Shown piece by piece: positions 25,624 to 36,451 of a stretch of 40,681 nucleotides of DNA (position 1 is its first letter; each line of letters begins with the position of its first letter). The position numbers and the translations under genes were made by a program. Below the pieces are notes generated by a model. That model was not told the origin of the DNA. It saw only the letters and a list, made by a program, of their open reading frames with translations, and ran no database searches. Origin of the DNA: a virus (taxonomy: Duplodnaviria; Caudoviricetes); IMG/VR virus record IMGVR_UViG_3300032225_000838, positions 1 to 40,681 of that record, one strand, 5' to 3'.

Positions 25624-25835
25624 TTGTGGAAGGACCCTTTAATCCAATCCCAAGTGATACTGAAAAAAAAGCTAATAGCGGCAATAACTCCAAGAGACTT
25701 GTAGTGCCAGCTTTCAAGATGGCGTAACCGTTGATCGTGCATATCAAAAGTCTCTTTAAAAGCTGATTGATTGTTAAGAACATGGTCAATCTTACCTTCA
25801 AGCCGACCAATAGAGCGGTGCAGTTCTTCACTCAC
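25620..25835 (-). CDS. XhlA/holin-like membrane protein
   Basis: Coiled coil IGRLEGKID...RLRHLE followed by a C-terminal TM segment; T7 gp17.5 position. Confidence 0.6.
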   Translation of the reverse strand: MSEELHRSIGRLEGKIDHVLNNQSAFKETFDMHDQRLRHLESWHYKSLGVIAAISFFFSITWDWIKGSFHK

Positions 25836-26347
25836 GCTAGTATTCTCTTAAACCACAGAATTACAACGTTTCTGACGTTTATAGGGTATGTTGCTAAGGT
25901 AGGAACAATCAAATTCATAGAAAGTACATCATTAGCCGCTACTGTAACAGCAGGGTTAAACGATGAGTAAACTGAATTAAAACTTGTATTATTAAGATAA
26001 TCTACTGTAGATGAAAGGATTGTGAGTACAGCACTTGTCTGGTTATTTAATGTTAATGTGAAATTTCCAGCAGACCCACCACTATTACCCCTACTAAAAA
26101 TTATATTTGCCGCAACTAAAGTACCAGCTAAGGGGCAAATAGCTTGACGAGACAGGTCAGATGATGACGCAGATAGAGTATCAGAAAGCACCGAACCAAA
26201 CCGCTTTGTACCGTTTGAAGTAATGTCTGTAGCATCATGTCCAAAAGTAATTGAAAAAACATCACTAGGAGTTTGTGTTAATTTAGTTAAAGCAATTGAA
26301 GCGTTGGCTAAATCTATGATTTTATCAGTAGCTTTAATAAGGGGCAT
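25832..26347 (-). CDS. Hypothetical beta-rich tail-associated protein
   Basis: S/T/N-rich composition; in the tail fibre cluster; AGGA RBS. Confidence 0.6.
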   Translation of the reverse strand: MPLIKATDKIIDLANASIALTKLTQTPSDVFSITFGHDATDITSNGTKRFGSVLSDTLSASSSDLSRQAICPLAGTLVAANIIFSRGNSGGSAGNFTLTLNNQTSAVLTILSSTVDYLNNTSFNSVYSSFNPAVTVAANDVLSMNLIVPTLATYPINVRNVVILWFKRILA

Positions 26348-26356
26348 ATAGTTCCT

Positions 26357-26689
26357 TTATTCTGGTTTTGTAGGCCATATAACAGATTCGGGATTCCCAA
26401 AAGTTTGGGGTACATCCCGCAAAGCTGTTCTGTAATTCAACCAAGCCTGTTTGTTTCCTTGGAAGTCAGCTAGTTGGGTGTAATCGCATTCCTGTAGAAG
26501 CTTATCTCTTTTATCTCTTGCTGGTTCCCAAAGAATATTATTTTTAATAGCCTCCCAAGTAGCTTCAACTTCTTGTAAGGTTGGTTTTTCTACAGTTTCA
26601 TCTTGCCAGATAATTCCATCATAGGAATTACCATTTACACAATAACTAGAGTTTGGGCAGAGTTTTTGAAGTGTCCTTGAAATATCCAT
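26357..26689 (-). CDS. Tail fibre assembly chaperone
   Basis: R.KRDKLL.ECDYTQL.D, W..YR.ALRDVPQ, WPTKPE motifs. Confidence 0.85.
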   Translation of the reverse strand: MDISRTLQKLCPNSSYCVNGNSYDGIIWQDETVEKPTLQEVEATWEAIKNNILWEPARDKRDKLLQECDYTQLADFQGNKQAWLNYRTALRDVPQTFGNPESVIWPTKPE

Positions 26690-26699
26690 ATATTTTTCC

Positions 26700-29231
26700 T
26701 TAAGCAGTCAATTCTGTAAAAACTAAAGTAGAGCTTGGAAGAGGGTCGTAAGTTAACGAATTTGAGCCAGACCCTCCCCCAGAGGGGTTTTGCCATAGAT
26801 GGTTTCTGTTTACATAGGACACCCCTGTTCCGTGAGTACCTATAAGCAAATCATAAGATACGTTGGTGTACCCGGGGGCATCCATTAAATCTAGGGGTAC
26901 AGGGAACATGGAGTAGCCGTTGACGTTACTTATATATGCGGCAGTAACTCTTGTACGTACCCCATCTTGGTTCCCAATGCCAAGCATAGTTACAGGGAGA
27001 ACAGTTCCAGTTCCAGTCCCGGCCCCGGTAGCTCTAAAATAAGTTCCAGCAGAATTGGCTTGCGCTCCAAAAGATGTAAAAGTTGTAGTCCCGGGGACAA
27101 CAACCATGTAATAATTTGCGGCAACCATAGCCGTAGCCGCTATTGGTGCTGTTCCTGTCTGCCACCGCATAAGCTGAATAGCTGTTTGATAATTATTACT
27201 GTCTCCAACGTGAATTGTTCCTTGAATAAGTACCCTGTTTGTAGCTAAAGATAAATTAAGGTATCCCCCGGTATAAGGAGCGGTATTGGCAGTACCAATT
27301 TGTAAACCTGTCACGCTCTGGAATCGCCACCCAGCAGAATTAGTAAACGTATCTCTTTTAATTACGCTATAAACGTTTACAACTCTTTGGGCTGGGAAAG
27401 CTATGCTTTGATTACTAACAGCGGTTACTAAACCTTGAGCATTAACAGTAACTTGAGGAGCTTGAGTTGTAGAACCATACGTACCAGTAGTAACACCTGC
27501 TTGAGTTGCTAGTTTAGACGCTGAAATGGACCCGGCTAATTTAGCGTCAGTTACAGAGCTATCAGCCAATTTAGCTGTTGCAATAGTGCCATCTGCAATT
27601 TTAGCGTTTGTTATACTTGCATCTGTAATTTTTGCAGTAGTAACGGCTCCATCAGATATTTTTGAAGTTCCTACAGCACTATCGTTAATTTTATCAGAAG
27701 TAACAGCCGAAGTAGCGAGCTTGGCGTTTGTTATATTTGCATCTACAACTTTAGTTGATGTTACAGACAAATCAGCGAGTTTAGCAGTAGTTACATTTAA
27801 ATCTTTAATGTTTGCGGTTGCTATTGCGTTTGCCCCCATTTTTGAATCTAAAACAGACCCATTTGCAATTTTATCTGAGGTCACAGCCGAGCTAACAATA
27901 GCGTTAGTTCCAACTGTATTATTAGGAATTGCTGAAATTGTAGGTTGAGCATACCCAAGAGAAATGACAACAATTCGTGTACCAGAGGGCGGGGCTTGGT
28001 CAAAAGTTAAAGTAGGGCTGGTAGAAATAGAAACATTGTAAGAATAAGTAGGGTCTTGGACAACTCCATCAATAGTAACTAAATAACTATTTGTGTATAA
28101 AGCAGTTGCTCCTGTAATTACAAAAACTAATGTTGTTCCATCGCCTGTAAACAGCCATCTAATAGGGTTTCCAGACACCCCACCAGTTGTAATATACTGC
28201 TGAATAGAAGAATCTACGTACTGTTTAGATGTGGCATCAGTTAGTGTATCTGGGAGACCAAGACCTGTTGGAGTAAACCCACCAAAATTAAGGTCTCCAA
28301 ACAGGCTTCCACCTTGTATAGAAAGCTTAGTATCTGCATACGCTTTTGTAGCCGCATCCGTATCTGCTGTAGGAATGCCTAATCCAGTAATCTTATTATT
28401 GCCCATCGCCAAGGCCCCGGTCATAGCATCACCAGCTTTTGCTACTTTTAAAGCAAGCCCAGCGTCAACGTAAGCTTTTGTAGTTGCATCAGCTACATCT
28501 GTTGGGGCGGCTAGGCCAGTAATTTTGTTAGTACCCATCGCCAAGGCTCCTGTCATTGAGTCCCCGGCTTTAGATACTTTTAAAGCGTCTTGTGTATCTA
28601 CATAAGTTTTATTTGTTGCATCCGTAGTAACTGTAGGTGTGCCTAATCCAGTAATTTTGTTAGTACCCATCGCCAAGGCCCCGGTCATTGAGTCACCAGC
28701 CTTAGATACTTTAAGAGCGTCCTGATTATCTACGTAAAGTTTGGTTGTAGCATCGTTAGCAGAAGTAGGCTGACCAATTTCTGTAATCCGGGTTCCACCT
28801 GCAAAAAAGACGCTTCCAATTTTTCCAAGTGCGTTATCCGCTTGTTCTACGTTTTCTTGGTTAAGATAGAAATTCTGTAAAAATGCTAAATCTTGGTCCT
28901 CTGCAATAAGGGCAGAACCGTCTTGAAAATCTACTAGGGGTATGGCCTTTTCTGTTATACGCCGAACACGTACAGACGTACCAGCGGCAGGGAAATTAGA
29001 GGTAAACCTAATAAAAGCTTGGCTTGCTCCAAAAGGACTAGCAGGGGTTACAGCCTCACCAGCCGCATAAACCGTAAAAGAAGCCTGACTCTGTAGGATT
29101 TTGTTAAAGTCAGCGTTAACGTGTGATTTTGCTAGGTAAGAAAAAGGAACAGGAAAGTCAGTACCCAAGGAGCTACCAGCCGTAGTAGTCCCGGTTGCTG
29201 TGTATTCGGTATATGTTAATCCAGAAGCCAT
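26700..29231 (-). CDS. Tail fibre protein (T7 gp17-like N-terminus)
   Basis: F.VPFSYL...HV, VRRIT...LVDF.DGS.L...D anchor domain; repeated shaft modules. Confidence 0.9.
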   Translation of the reverse strand: MASGLTYTEYTATGTTTAGSSLGTDFPVPFSYLAKSHVNADFNKILQSQASFTVYAAGEAVTPASPFGASQAFIRFTSNFPAAGTSVRVRRITEKAIPLVDFQDGSALIAEDQDLAFLQNFYLNQENVEQADNALGKIGSVFFAGGTRITEIGQPTSANDATTKLYVDNQDALKVSKAGDSMTGALAMGTNKITGLGTPTVTTDATNKTYVDTQDALKVSKAGDSMTGALAMGTNKITGLAAPTDVADATTKAYVDAGLALKVAKAGDAMTGALAMGNNKITGLGIPTADTDAATKAYADTKLSIQGGSLFGDLNFGGFTPTGLGLPDTLTDATSKQYVDSSIQQYITTGGVSGNPIRWLFTGDGTTLVFVITGATALYTNSYLVTIDGVVQDPTYSYNVSISTSPTLTFDQAPPSGTRIVVISLGYAQPTISAIPNNTVGTNAIVSSAVTSDKIANGSVLDSKMGANAIATANIKDLNVTTAKLADLSVTSTKVVDANITNAKLATSAVTSDKINDSAVGTSKISDGAVTTAKITDASITNAKIADGTIATAKLADSSVTDAKLAGSISASKLATQAGVTTGTYGSTTQAPQVTVNAQGLVTAVSNQSIAFPAQRVVNVYSVIKRDTFTNSAGWRFQSVTGLQIGTANTAPYTGGYLNLSLATNRVLIQGTIHVGDSNNYQTAIQLMRWQTGTAPIAATAMVAANYYMVVVPGTTTFTSFGAQANSAGTYFRATGAGTGTGTVLPVTMLGIGNQDGVRTRVTAAYISNVNGYSMFPVPLDLMDAPGYTNVSYDLLIGTHGTGVSYVNRNHLWQNPSGGGSGSNSLTYDPLPSSTLVFTELTA
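28230..28790 (-). repeat. About 44-aa (132-bp) tandem coding repeats in the tail fibre
   Basis: DAT.K.YVD...LKVSKAGDSMTGALAMG.NKITGL repeated; near-identical DNA at about 28516-28590 and 28648-28722. Confidence 0.85.
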
Positions 29232-29251
29232 AGGTATCCTTTTGTTATTTT

Positions 29252-32200
29252 TTACTTAAGAGGCATCAATTCGTCAACACTTATCCCTCTCTTGAGGGCA
29301 AGTTTATTCCTTCGATAAACATTGTAATTGTCATTAACGTCTTTAAATTCCTTTAAGGTCTGCTTTAAGGCGGCATCCCTGTAGGCTCCAATTACTTTAC
29401 GTACAGAAGCAATTCTAGGGCTATCGTACTTATCAGTAGACTTATCCGACAGTCTTTGATAACTACTTGAACCAATCAAAGCTGTCAACTGTTGCCTTAA
29501 TGTTCTGCCACCTATTTTAGTGGTTTGGTGAAGCTCCATCCAACGGTCATAAGCAGATTGGCCCTTGCTATTCTGTACGTCACGAAGGTCCATGCCTCCA
29601 CCTAAATTTGTTCTAGGCATTGAAAATCCATACTGTAACCGGGAAAGCTCATCCATAACCTTATCCTTTTTATTGGATGACATGACAATTGGGCTAAGAT
29701 AATCTACTCCAAAAGGTATTTTACCAAGAGGAAGCTCTACTGACTCTCCTAGTACGTTCCGCTTTTTGTCAACAAACCCGCTCATCCCGGGAACCTTACG
29801 CATAATAGAGTCCATAATTGTCCTAGCTTCCCGGGTCTCAGGGTCAATTGTTGGTACAGCCTGTCCAATCACAGAAGGAACATAAGAAGCTATCTGACTT
29901 TTAAGAAGCTTTGGTAAGAACCGCTCAGGAGAATTAATAGCTTCCATAACACGTTCTAACCCAGCCATATAGCTTTTGTTTACTACGTTTTTTTGAATTG
30001 CTAAAGCTATTGCACCAAGCCCAGCCATAACCTTTTGGTCCTCGTCTCTATCCATCCTACGTGCAGATTCTCCAAGGTCAGCGGCAAGCCCAAGGAATGT
30101 AGCAAAAGGGTCTAGCCTTTGAAACGATACGTACTCATTACCCATTTTAATGCTGTAAGGTCTCCATCCTGTAGCTTCTAACAACTTTCGCTCTTCCTCG
30201 TTATTAGGTCCACCCCCTGTAATAGCCCCGCTTATTCCCAGCATAGCCGCCGAAAAGCTAATTGCCCCGCCCATCCAGAATCTTCCAGTAGCTTCTGCTA
30301 TTAGCCTTGGGTCACCAGAAGCCAAGTCAGCAACCATACGTTTATGGGCTGACCTGAGTAGAGGAACGTCAAGGGGCATCATTCGTTGACCAGCAAACTT
30401 CAAGATATTAAGAGGAGTACGTGTAAAAGGCATAGCAAGCCGAGCAACAGGGTGTTGAGCTACAAAGTCTTGTACTCCCCTAGCCATAGACCCGGCTTCT
30501 AGCTCAGTTTGGAAGGTAGCTTCTCGGGATACTTTTTCAGCGTACTCTGAGATTTTGCCAAGGGAACCAAAAGACTCCCATTGTCTATTAACCGTATTCT
30601 GCATAAAGTTTTGCAACTCATCACCCATTAGACCTTGGGTTTTTCCTAAATCGTAGGCTTCCCGGTAAAGCTTAGACTTGTTAAATAATTCACCTGTCTG
30701 ACCAAACAGAATTTCCATACGATCAGCTACGTGTTTTCCAACACTTTTTGAAAGTACGTCTGCCGTTAAGTTTTTCCCTGCGTAGGTCTCCATAGCCTCA
30801 GTCATCAATGCGGCTTTAGCTGTTGCCCGGGCATTAATTTGCTTAAAGAACTCGTCAGTAGCCATTAGGAACCGTGTAGGTGTATTAACAAAATGAGCTA
30901 ATCCTTCTACAAACCCATTTAAAGAGCCTTCTCCGACTCCTGTTAAGTTACTTACTTTACCAATAACATCATCAAACCTCTGAGGGGATAGAGCAAACTG
31001 TCCCATCCCGGGGTCTGTAAAAGTTTCAGAAATAAACTTAGGCGAATTAGTTTTGTAAGCTAAACGAGCAATTCTTGAGGCATCATTAATAGATTCAACA
31101 AGGTAGCCGTACCGAGAGATAAACTCTTTGGCTAGGCCCATGTTCCCCTTTCTTACGGCTCCCACGGCTCCTTCTAATGGGAGATATAAAGTAGTAAATG
31201 TGTTACCAAGGGTATTAACTAAAGCTGTCTTAGGGCCAGATAGGATAGCATTAATCCAGAACTCATTGTGAGCATTAATCCACCGCCCCTCCCTAAGAAG
31301 CTCATTAACAGCCTTTAAATTACCATCAGCAAAAGCTATATTTAGCTTATCTGCCGCCCTCACAACTGCGTCTCTTCCCCCAAGCTTTGCTAGTCTATCC
31401 TCCACAATCTTTCTAGCCCCGGGAATATTAAGGTCAGTTATTGACAACTTACCAAGAAGGTCTTTACGCACACCAGAACTGAACAGGTCCACCGTGTTCA
31501 TGTATTCTTTCATGGCTTTCCCGGCCCTTAAACCCTTACCCAATGAACTTAACATTCCCTTAATTTTAAGGCCCATGTCAGCTACGTTTGCTCCGTGAAC
31601 CATAAAATCATTTAGTGCCTTAACATCCCCTGTAACAGCCGCATCAGCCGCCTCTTTAAGCATTTGCATGGAAGAATCAAAACCAAACCGGGCAGACATA
31701 AGGGTTACAGGGACATCTTCAAGATTTTTAGCTTTTGCGGTAATTACTTTCAACCAAGCTTCCGGGTCTTTTCCTTGGGCCAAGGCAAGAGGCCGAGCCA
31801 AGTCAATAAGCTGTTGGTCTGACATCGGCTTAGTAGCAAGTTTTTCTTTAGCCGCATCAACAAAAGACAATAGCAAACGGTTATTACCTTCTCTATAGCC
31901 AAAAACGTTCCAGATATTTTTAATGGCTTGTGTTTGTTTTTCTGTAAGCATTCCTAGCGCATCCCCCGGTTGGCCTGTAATACGCTGTGCTTTGTCTCCC
32001 AACGTCTCTGGTTTCATGTAACTATCCAGAGTTTTGCTCATTATTTCATCTAGCTGTGCTTTTTCCTCAGGACTACGAAAAGTGGGAGTTTCTACTGTTC
32101 TTGGTTGCGTGGCTGTAGTTTCGCCAATTTTAGGAGTTTGTTCGACAGCTTGTGAGTTTGCGGTAGGCTCAGGGATTGAGGTAGGCACAGCCTCGTTTTT

Positions 32201-33004
32201 AGGGGCGGCTGACGGTCCCGGGAGTGAATTTTTGATTTCATTAATATTTACTGCATCTAGGGTTGCTTGTTCTACCTCTTGCCCTGTTTTACCAGCTTCA
32301 ACAGCAAGTTTACGTGCTTTAAAAGCTTTTAATCCAGCAAACAAGGCATCTGTAGCTAGTCCAAACCCAACTCCTTCAATAGCATTTTTAAAGCGTCCCT
32401 CTAAATCGCTATCTTTTTCATTAGATGATAAATATTGAGTTACAGCATTGTTTAAAAGGGGGTTATCAACACTAGCCAACAAATTAGAAAGACGTTGAGC
32501 GTGTGGGTCAAACGCCGCAAAATTAGCAATTCCACCAGCAACTGCACCTTCAACAATAGGATTAGCCAATAAAGCCCCAGCTTTTGCTATTTGAGCTATT
32601 TTAGAAGCTTTGGCTACTGCTCCAAGCTTACCTGCGATACCAAGTCCCGGGATAAAACCTGTAGCAAATTCGCTAACTCCTTCAATAATCTGCCCCGGAA
32701 GAGTAGTACTTTCAGCATAGTCACCAAAAACAGCTTTTTTAAACTCTTGGTCAGGCAAGAGGTCCCCGGAAAGTGTATCGGCCAAGTCGTAAACAGACGC
32801 ACCAGCCCCAACTACACCCCTAAATGGAGCAAGCAAGGCATCAATAGTATAATCCTTAAATGATTTTTCTTTTTCTTTAGGAACAAGGGGTTGATTTGCG
32901 GTTTGCATAGCTCCCATACCGGGGGCTTCGTTACCATAACCGTACCCTTGTACCGGGTAAGCACCAGACTGTAGGTCATCTACTGCTGAATCAAAAGGTG
33001 TCAT
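29252..33004 (-). CDS. Large internal virion protein (T7 gp16 position)
   Basis: 1250 aa, helical; INAILSGP.T, DEFFKQ, PF.RTP.N, GWRPYSIK...RLDPF motifs; synteny. Confidence 0.82.
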   Translation of the reverse strand: MTPFDSAVDDLQSGAYPVQGYGYGNEAPGMGAMQTANQPLVPKEKEKSFKDYTIDALLAPFRGVVGAGASVYDLADTLSGDLLPDQEFKKAVFGDYAESTTLPGQIIEGVSEFATGFIPGLGIAGKLGAVAKASKIAQIAKAGALLANPIVEGAVAGGIANFAAFDPHAQRLSNLLASVDNPLLNNAVTQYLSSNEKDSDLEGRFKNAIEGVGFGLATDALFAGLKAFKARKLAVEAGKTGQEVEQATLDAVNINEIKNSLPGPSAAPKNEAVPTSIPEPTANSQAVEQTPKIGETTATQPRTVETPTFRSPEEKAQLDEIMSKTLDSYMKPETLGDKAQRITGQPGDALGMLTEKQTQAIKNIWNVFGYREGNNRLLLSFVDAAKEKLATKPMSDQQLIDLARPLALAQGKDPEAWLKVITAKAKNLEDVPVTLMSARFGFDSSMQMLKEAADAAVTGDVKALNDFMVHGANVADMGLKIKGMLSSLGKGLRAGKAMKEYMNTVDLFSSGVRKDLLGKLSITDLNIPGARKIVEDRLAKLGGRDAVVRAADKLNIAFADGNLKAVNELLREGRWINAHNEFWINAILSGPKTALVNTLGNTFTTLYLPLEGAVGAVRKGNMGLAKEFISRYGYLVESINDASRIARLAYKTNSPKFISETFTDPGMGQFALSPQRFDDVIGKVSNLTGVGEGSLNGFVEGLAHFVNTPTRFLMATDEFFKQINARATAKAALMTEAMETYAGKNLTADVLSKSVGKHVADRMEILFGQTGELFNKSKLYREAYDLGKTQGLMGDELQNFMQNTVNRQWESFGSLGKISEYAEKVSREATFQTELEAGSMARGVQDFVAQHPVARLAMPFTRTPLNILKFAGQRMMPLDVPLLRSAHKRMVADLASGDPRLIAEATGRFWMGGAISFSAAMLGISGAITGGGPNNEEERKLLEATGWRPYSIKMGNEYVSFQRLDPFATFLGLAADLGESARRMDRDEDQKVMAGLGAIALAIQKNVVNKSYMAGLERVMEAINSPERFLPKLLKSQIASYVPSVIGQAVPTIDPETREARTIMDSIMRKVPGMSGFVDKKRNVLGESVELPLGKIPFGVDYLSPIVMSSNKKDKVMDELSRLQYGFSMPRTNLGGGMDLRDVQNSKGQSAYDRWMELHQTTKIGGRTLRQQLTALIGSSSYQRLSDKSTDKYDSPRIASVRKVIGAYRDAALKQTLKEFKDVNDNYNVYRRNKLALKRGISVDELMPLK

Positions 33005-35376
33005 TCTCCCCTTTCTAGGAGCCGCATGGCTTGGTTAACTTTAAATTCGTTTAGGTCCACTCCCAAAGACGTTGCTAAGTTTTGAGCAAGCTCAGGTTTT
33101 GAGAACACATCGTTGAACTCTTCTCTACTTGAGAACATCGGCATTGACAAGCCATTTATATCAGCTTTTGGGTCAACTGTAACTCCATAAAGCCTAACAT
33201 TTTCTCTAGCTTTACCAGTTTGCGTATCAATAAAGTTTGTCCAACTTGTTCCTACTTGGTGAGCAGTATGTAAAAAAGAAGTCCTAGCTTCTTGAAGTTT
33301 CTTTGGGTCAAGAGGCACAAATATAGGTTTCTGGGGAGGAAGCGGTTGGTTTCCAATAATTTCATTAGCCCTAGAAGCAAGTCCCCTAAGGCTCATTGGC
33401 TCAACGCCCCCTGTCTCTCTTTGCGTTACGTACACGCCACCAGAAGCGACTACCTTCCCTTGCTGTTGTAACTCTCTCTCCCCATACTTTTTAACTTCTA
33501 AAGCATATTCTTTTATTTGTTGCCTATACTCAGGCCGATCAACACCGGGATTTTTACTTAAATAAGCAGACATATTAACTGCGGCATCGTGAAAATCATT
33601 CCTAAGCCTTTCGCTAGAATGGAACATTTTAGAAAAGAAACCCGGTGCAGAACCCGGAGTTTCCCCGGAAGCCATAGCTTTTTCAGCTTCCCTGCGCTTA
33701 TTCATGCGCTCTGCTTCTGAATTAATTCTAGTTGTAATAATCTTTTCTACGTTGGTTCGTTGGTCGGCATACAAATTGCTTGTTTTAATTCTTCCTTCAA
33801 AACCATCGGTCTGTTCATTAGGATTTTGACTACGCTCATTTGTAATTTGTTGAGATACAGCACTCCGATACGTTCTCTGTGCTTCATCCAAAAGATCAGC
33901 CTTACGTTTAAGCTCTTCTGGATTTAAGTTATCAGAAGGTAATTTTGCCTCAATTAACTGCATTAAGGCATTTTTATTAAACTCAAAAGCTTCCACTTTG
34001 TCTGTTAGCCTTTGGTTTTTCTCTGCTTCAATAAGTCGAGGCTCAAGACTTCTAAAATCTTTAAGAGATATTTTACCTAAATCAAAATTAGTGCGAAGGT
34101 CCTCTAAGGCCCGGGATGCGGTATATGGGTCTCTAGTAGCCTGTTCGTAGCGGCTAACGTCACCATCTGATTTGTTAAGACTTCCTAAGGCCCAAGTTTG
34201 ATTGGCAATTCCTTCTGGGCCTACTGCCATAGAAATAATTGTACCTTTAGTCTCTTCGTTATAATAAGGCTTTGTTTTTAATTTATCCAATAATTCAGCT
34301 TTATCATTGGGGTCTAGCTGGTCCTTGCCAGACTTTTCAAGCATATCAGACATCATACTACGAATATCTTTTCTAGCCTCAGACTCAGCCATATTGGTCA
34401 ATAGCTGGCCACGATGGTAAGCTCTGCTCAAGCCCTCATCATAATGGGCATCTACATAATCCTGTATTTGACCATACTTAGCGGCTTCTAAATGTTTAAG
34501 CTTATTGCCATCTCCCCGGGGGTCGGTTTCAAAAACTACGTCCACAATACGTTTAACAGCTTCGGGGTGATCTTGCATATTAGCCGCAACCCAACCTTGA
34601 AATCCTTCAAGAAATACACTATTGGGGTTTTTACTTAAGGTCCCAAGCTGGGCCTCTTTCATAATGTCCCTAATCTGATCTACTTTCATGCCTACGTAAG
34701 CATCATCATTTAAATTACCAGCAAGCATTTCATCAAACTTCCTAGCAGTAGTACTTTGTAATACCTGCTGTGCTTTAGCATCTTGCCTTCCCATCCTAAG
34801 CTCTAAGGCTGAACTTTTAAAAGCTTCTTCAACTGCCCCTACTCGTTTAGAAAAACCTAAATTTGTGTAAAAACTGTTTCCAACATTTTCTTTTGCAAAA
34901 TCCTGTCTTATTTTACCAACATGGGCCTCTACTTGGTCGGCTGTCATGTCCCCGGTATCCTTTAAAGTTTCTGCCAATTTAGAACGATAAGCCCCCTCTG
35001 CTAAATCTTGTCCTGTAAGCTCAAGAACAGTAGTAGCTCTGTAAGGGTTTTGGGATGGGTCCAAAACTCCATTTTTAACCATGTCAGCAACGTTGCCTTT
35101 AGCGGCTGTTCGGTATTTATCTGGATTCTTATAAAAATCAACTAGACCTGCATCCCGAGCATCCATGTTGCTCTTTTGCATATAAATCTGATTAAAATTT
35201 TCAAGATTTCTGTTAAATACACTTAAAGCCGCAGTAACTTGCCCTAAAGAAGAATCTCCCTGTACCGGGCTAATTGGGTCTGCTGGCCTTCTAAAATTAG
35301 ATGACTCAATCTCCCTAGCTTTAAGTCTTGGAGCCGCATCTAAATTGTCTACTACAACTCTTGGGTCTTTAGGCAT
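33001..35376 (-). CDS. Internal virion protein (T7 gp15 position)
   Basis: 791-aa helical protein between the gp14- and gp16-like genes. Confidence 0.72.
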   Translation of the reverse strand: MPKDPRVVVDNLDAAPRLKAREIESSNFRRPADPISPVQGDSSLGQVTAALSVFNRNLENFNQIYMQKSNMDARDAGLVDFYKNPDKYRTAAKGNVADMVKNGVLDPSQNPYRATTVLELTGQDLAEGAYRSKLAETLKDTGDMTADQVEAHVGKIRQDFAKENVGNSFYTNLGFSKRVGAVEEAFKSSALELRMGRQDAKAQQVLQSTTARKFDEMLAGNLNDDAYVGMKVDQIRDIMKEAQLGTLSKNPNSVFLEGFQGWVAANMQDHPEAVKRIVDVVFETDPRGDGNKLKHLEAAKYGQIQDYVDAHYDEGLSRAYHRGQLLTNMAESEARKDIRSMMSDMLEKSGKDQLDPNDKAELLDKLKTKPYYNEETKGTIISMAVGPEGIANQTWALGSLNKSDGDVSRYEQATRDPYTASRALEDLRTNFDLGKISLKDFRSLEPRLIEAEKNQRLTDKVEAFEFNKNALMQLIEAKLPSDNLNPEELKRKADLLDEAQRTYRSAVSQQITNERSQNPNEQTDGFEGRIKTSNLYADQRTNVEKIITTRINSEAERMNKRREAEKAMASGETPGSAPGFFSKMFHSSERLRNDFHDAAVNMSAYLSKNPGVDRPEYRQQIKEYALEVKKYGERELQQQGKVVASGGVYVTQRETGGVEPMSLRGLASRANEIIGNQPLPPQKPIFVPLDPKKLQEARTSFLHTAHQVGTSWTNFIDTQTGKARENVRLYGVTVDPKADINGLSMPMFSSREEFNDVFSKPELAQNLATSLGVDLNEFKVNQAMRLLERGE

Positions 35377-35378
35377 AA

Positions 35379-35972
35379 TTAAACCTTAGCTGTTGGGGAT
35401 TTACCCGGAGAGTACCGCATATATTGTCCATAAGAATCCAATCCTTGACTTCCAATTTGAAGAGCAGTAGCCCACAAATTAGGCTTCTGAATTGGAGGCA
35501 TAGGAGTTTGTAGGGCTGTAATATTGTATTGTGTACCAAGCCTTGCATTTTCAATAGACCTGTTAGTAGCGGCTTCGCTATAGAATCCCTGCCTACGAAC
35601 AGCCTGTGCATAAGCTGTTTCTTGTCTGCCAAAATCAGCCAAAATAGCGTCAACAGAGGCCCCGCTAACACCAGCTTCACCAGCCGCTACAGTAGCCCTA
35701 GATTTAGCGGCTTTAGCTTCTTGAGTAATATTAAAAATATCCCGGCCCTGTTGTTCTTTCTCTTGGGCTTCTTTAAACCGCATAGCCTCCGCTTCTTGAA
35801 GGTATTTTGCTGTCTCTAGGTCAGCTAACTGTTTCTGTTGATTTCTAAGCTGATTTTGATAAGCCTGTTGAGCGTTAGCCGCAGAAGCTTGGTTCATGTA
35901 CCCCATGACTGAGGTTGCGGCTCCAATGGCAAAGGTAGCCAATGGAATCAACAAAGGTAACATAAAGCACAT
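35379..35972 (-). CDS. Internal virion protein B (T7 gp14-like)
   Basis: MC start, hydrophobic N-terminus, AAGEAGVSGASVD motif. Confidence 0.85.
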   Translation of the reverse strand: MCFMLPLLIPLATFAIGAATSVMGYMNQASAANAQQAYQNQLRNQQKQLADLETAKYLQEAEAMRFKEAQEKEQQGRDIFNITQEAKAAKSRATVAAGEAGVSGASVDAILADFGRQETAYAQAVRRQGFYSEAATNRSIENARLGTQYNITALQTPMPPIQKPNLWATALQIGSQGLDSYGQYMRYSPGKSPTAKV

Positions 35973-35977
35973 ATATA

Positions 35978-36451
35978 TTATCCTTTCAGCTTACAAAATT
36001 CGTAAAAAGGCAGACCAAGATGACCGTAGTTGTCCAAACGCTGAACAAAACTAAAACCTAGCCATTTAATCCACCTAACATGAAGCTCATTTTTGGCGCA
36101 AACCCTGTTAAAAAGCAAGCGTTTCTTACTAATGTCAAATAAGGCATTCATCCAGTAATGAGACTGCCTAAGAAATGGAATCCATAGTCTTTTTATATCA
36201 TCTGTACCTAAAAGCCATATTAACCCGCAATCCGGGTCTCCGTAGTCAGAGGCTCCAAAGATCATAATAACCTTTCCATCTTCTTCAACTGTTATCGCTG
36301 GAATAGAAAGCTCAATACTTTCTTTAAGCATATCAGCAATAGACCGCTCTTCTTCTGTAAATATGGACCTAAGCTCTAATTTATCTTCCTCCCTAATATT
36401 AGGAGCAAGAGCTTGAGCATCAGATACTTCTGTTTTACGTAACTTAACCAT
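35978..36451 (-). CDS. T7 gp13-like protein (GNAT-like fold)
   Basis: LAPNIREED..E, IWLLGT, N.V...N..H.RWIKWLGF motifs; start probably MVKLRK. Confidence 0.8.
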   Translation of the reverse strand: MVKLRKTEVSDAQALAPNIREEDKLELRSIFTEEERSIADMLKESIELSIPAITVEEDGKVIMIFGASDYGDPDCGLIWLLGTDDIKRLWIPFLRQSHYWMNALFDISKKRLLFNRVCAKNELHVRWIKWLGFSFVQRLDNYGHLGLPFYEFCKLKG

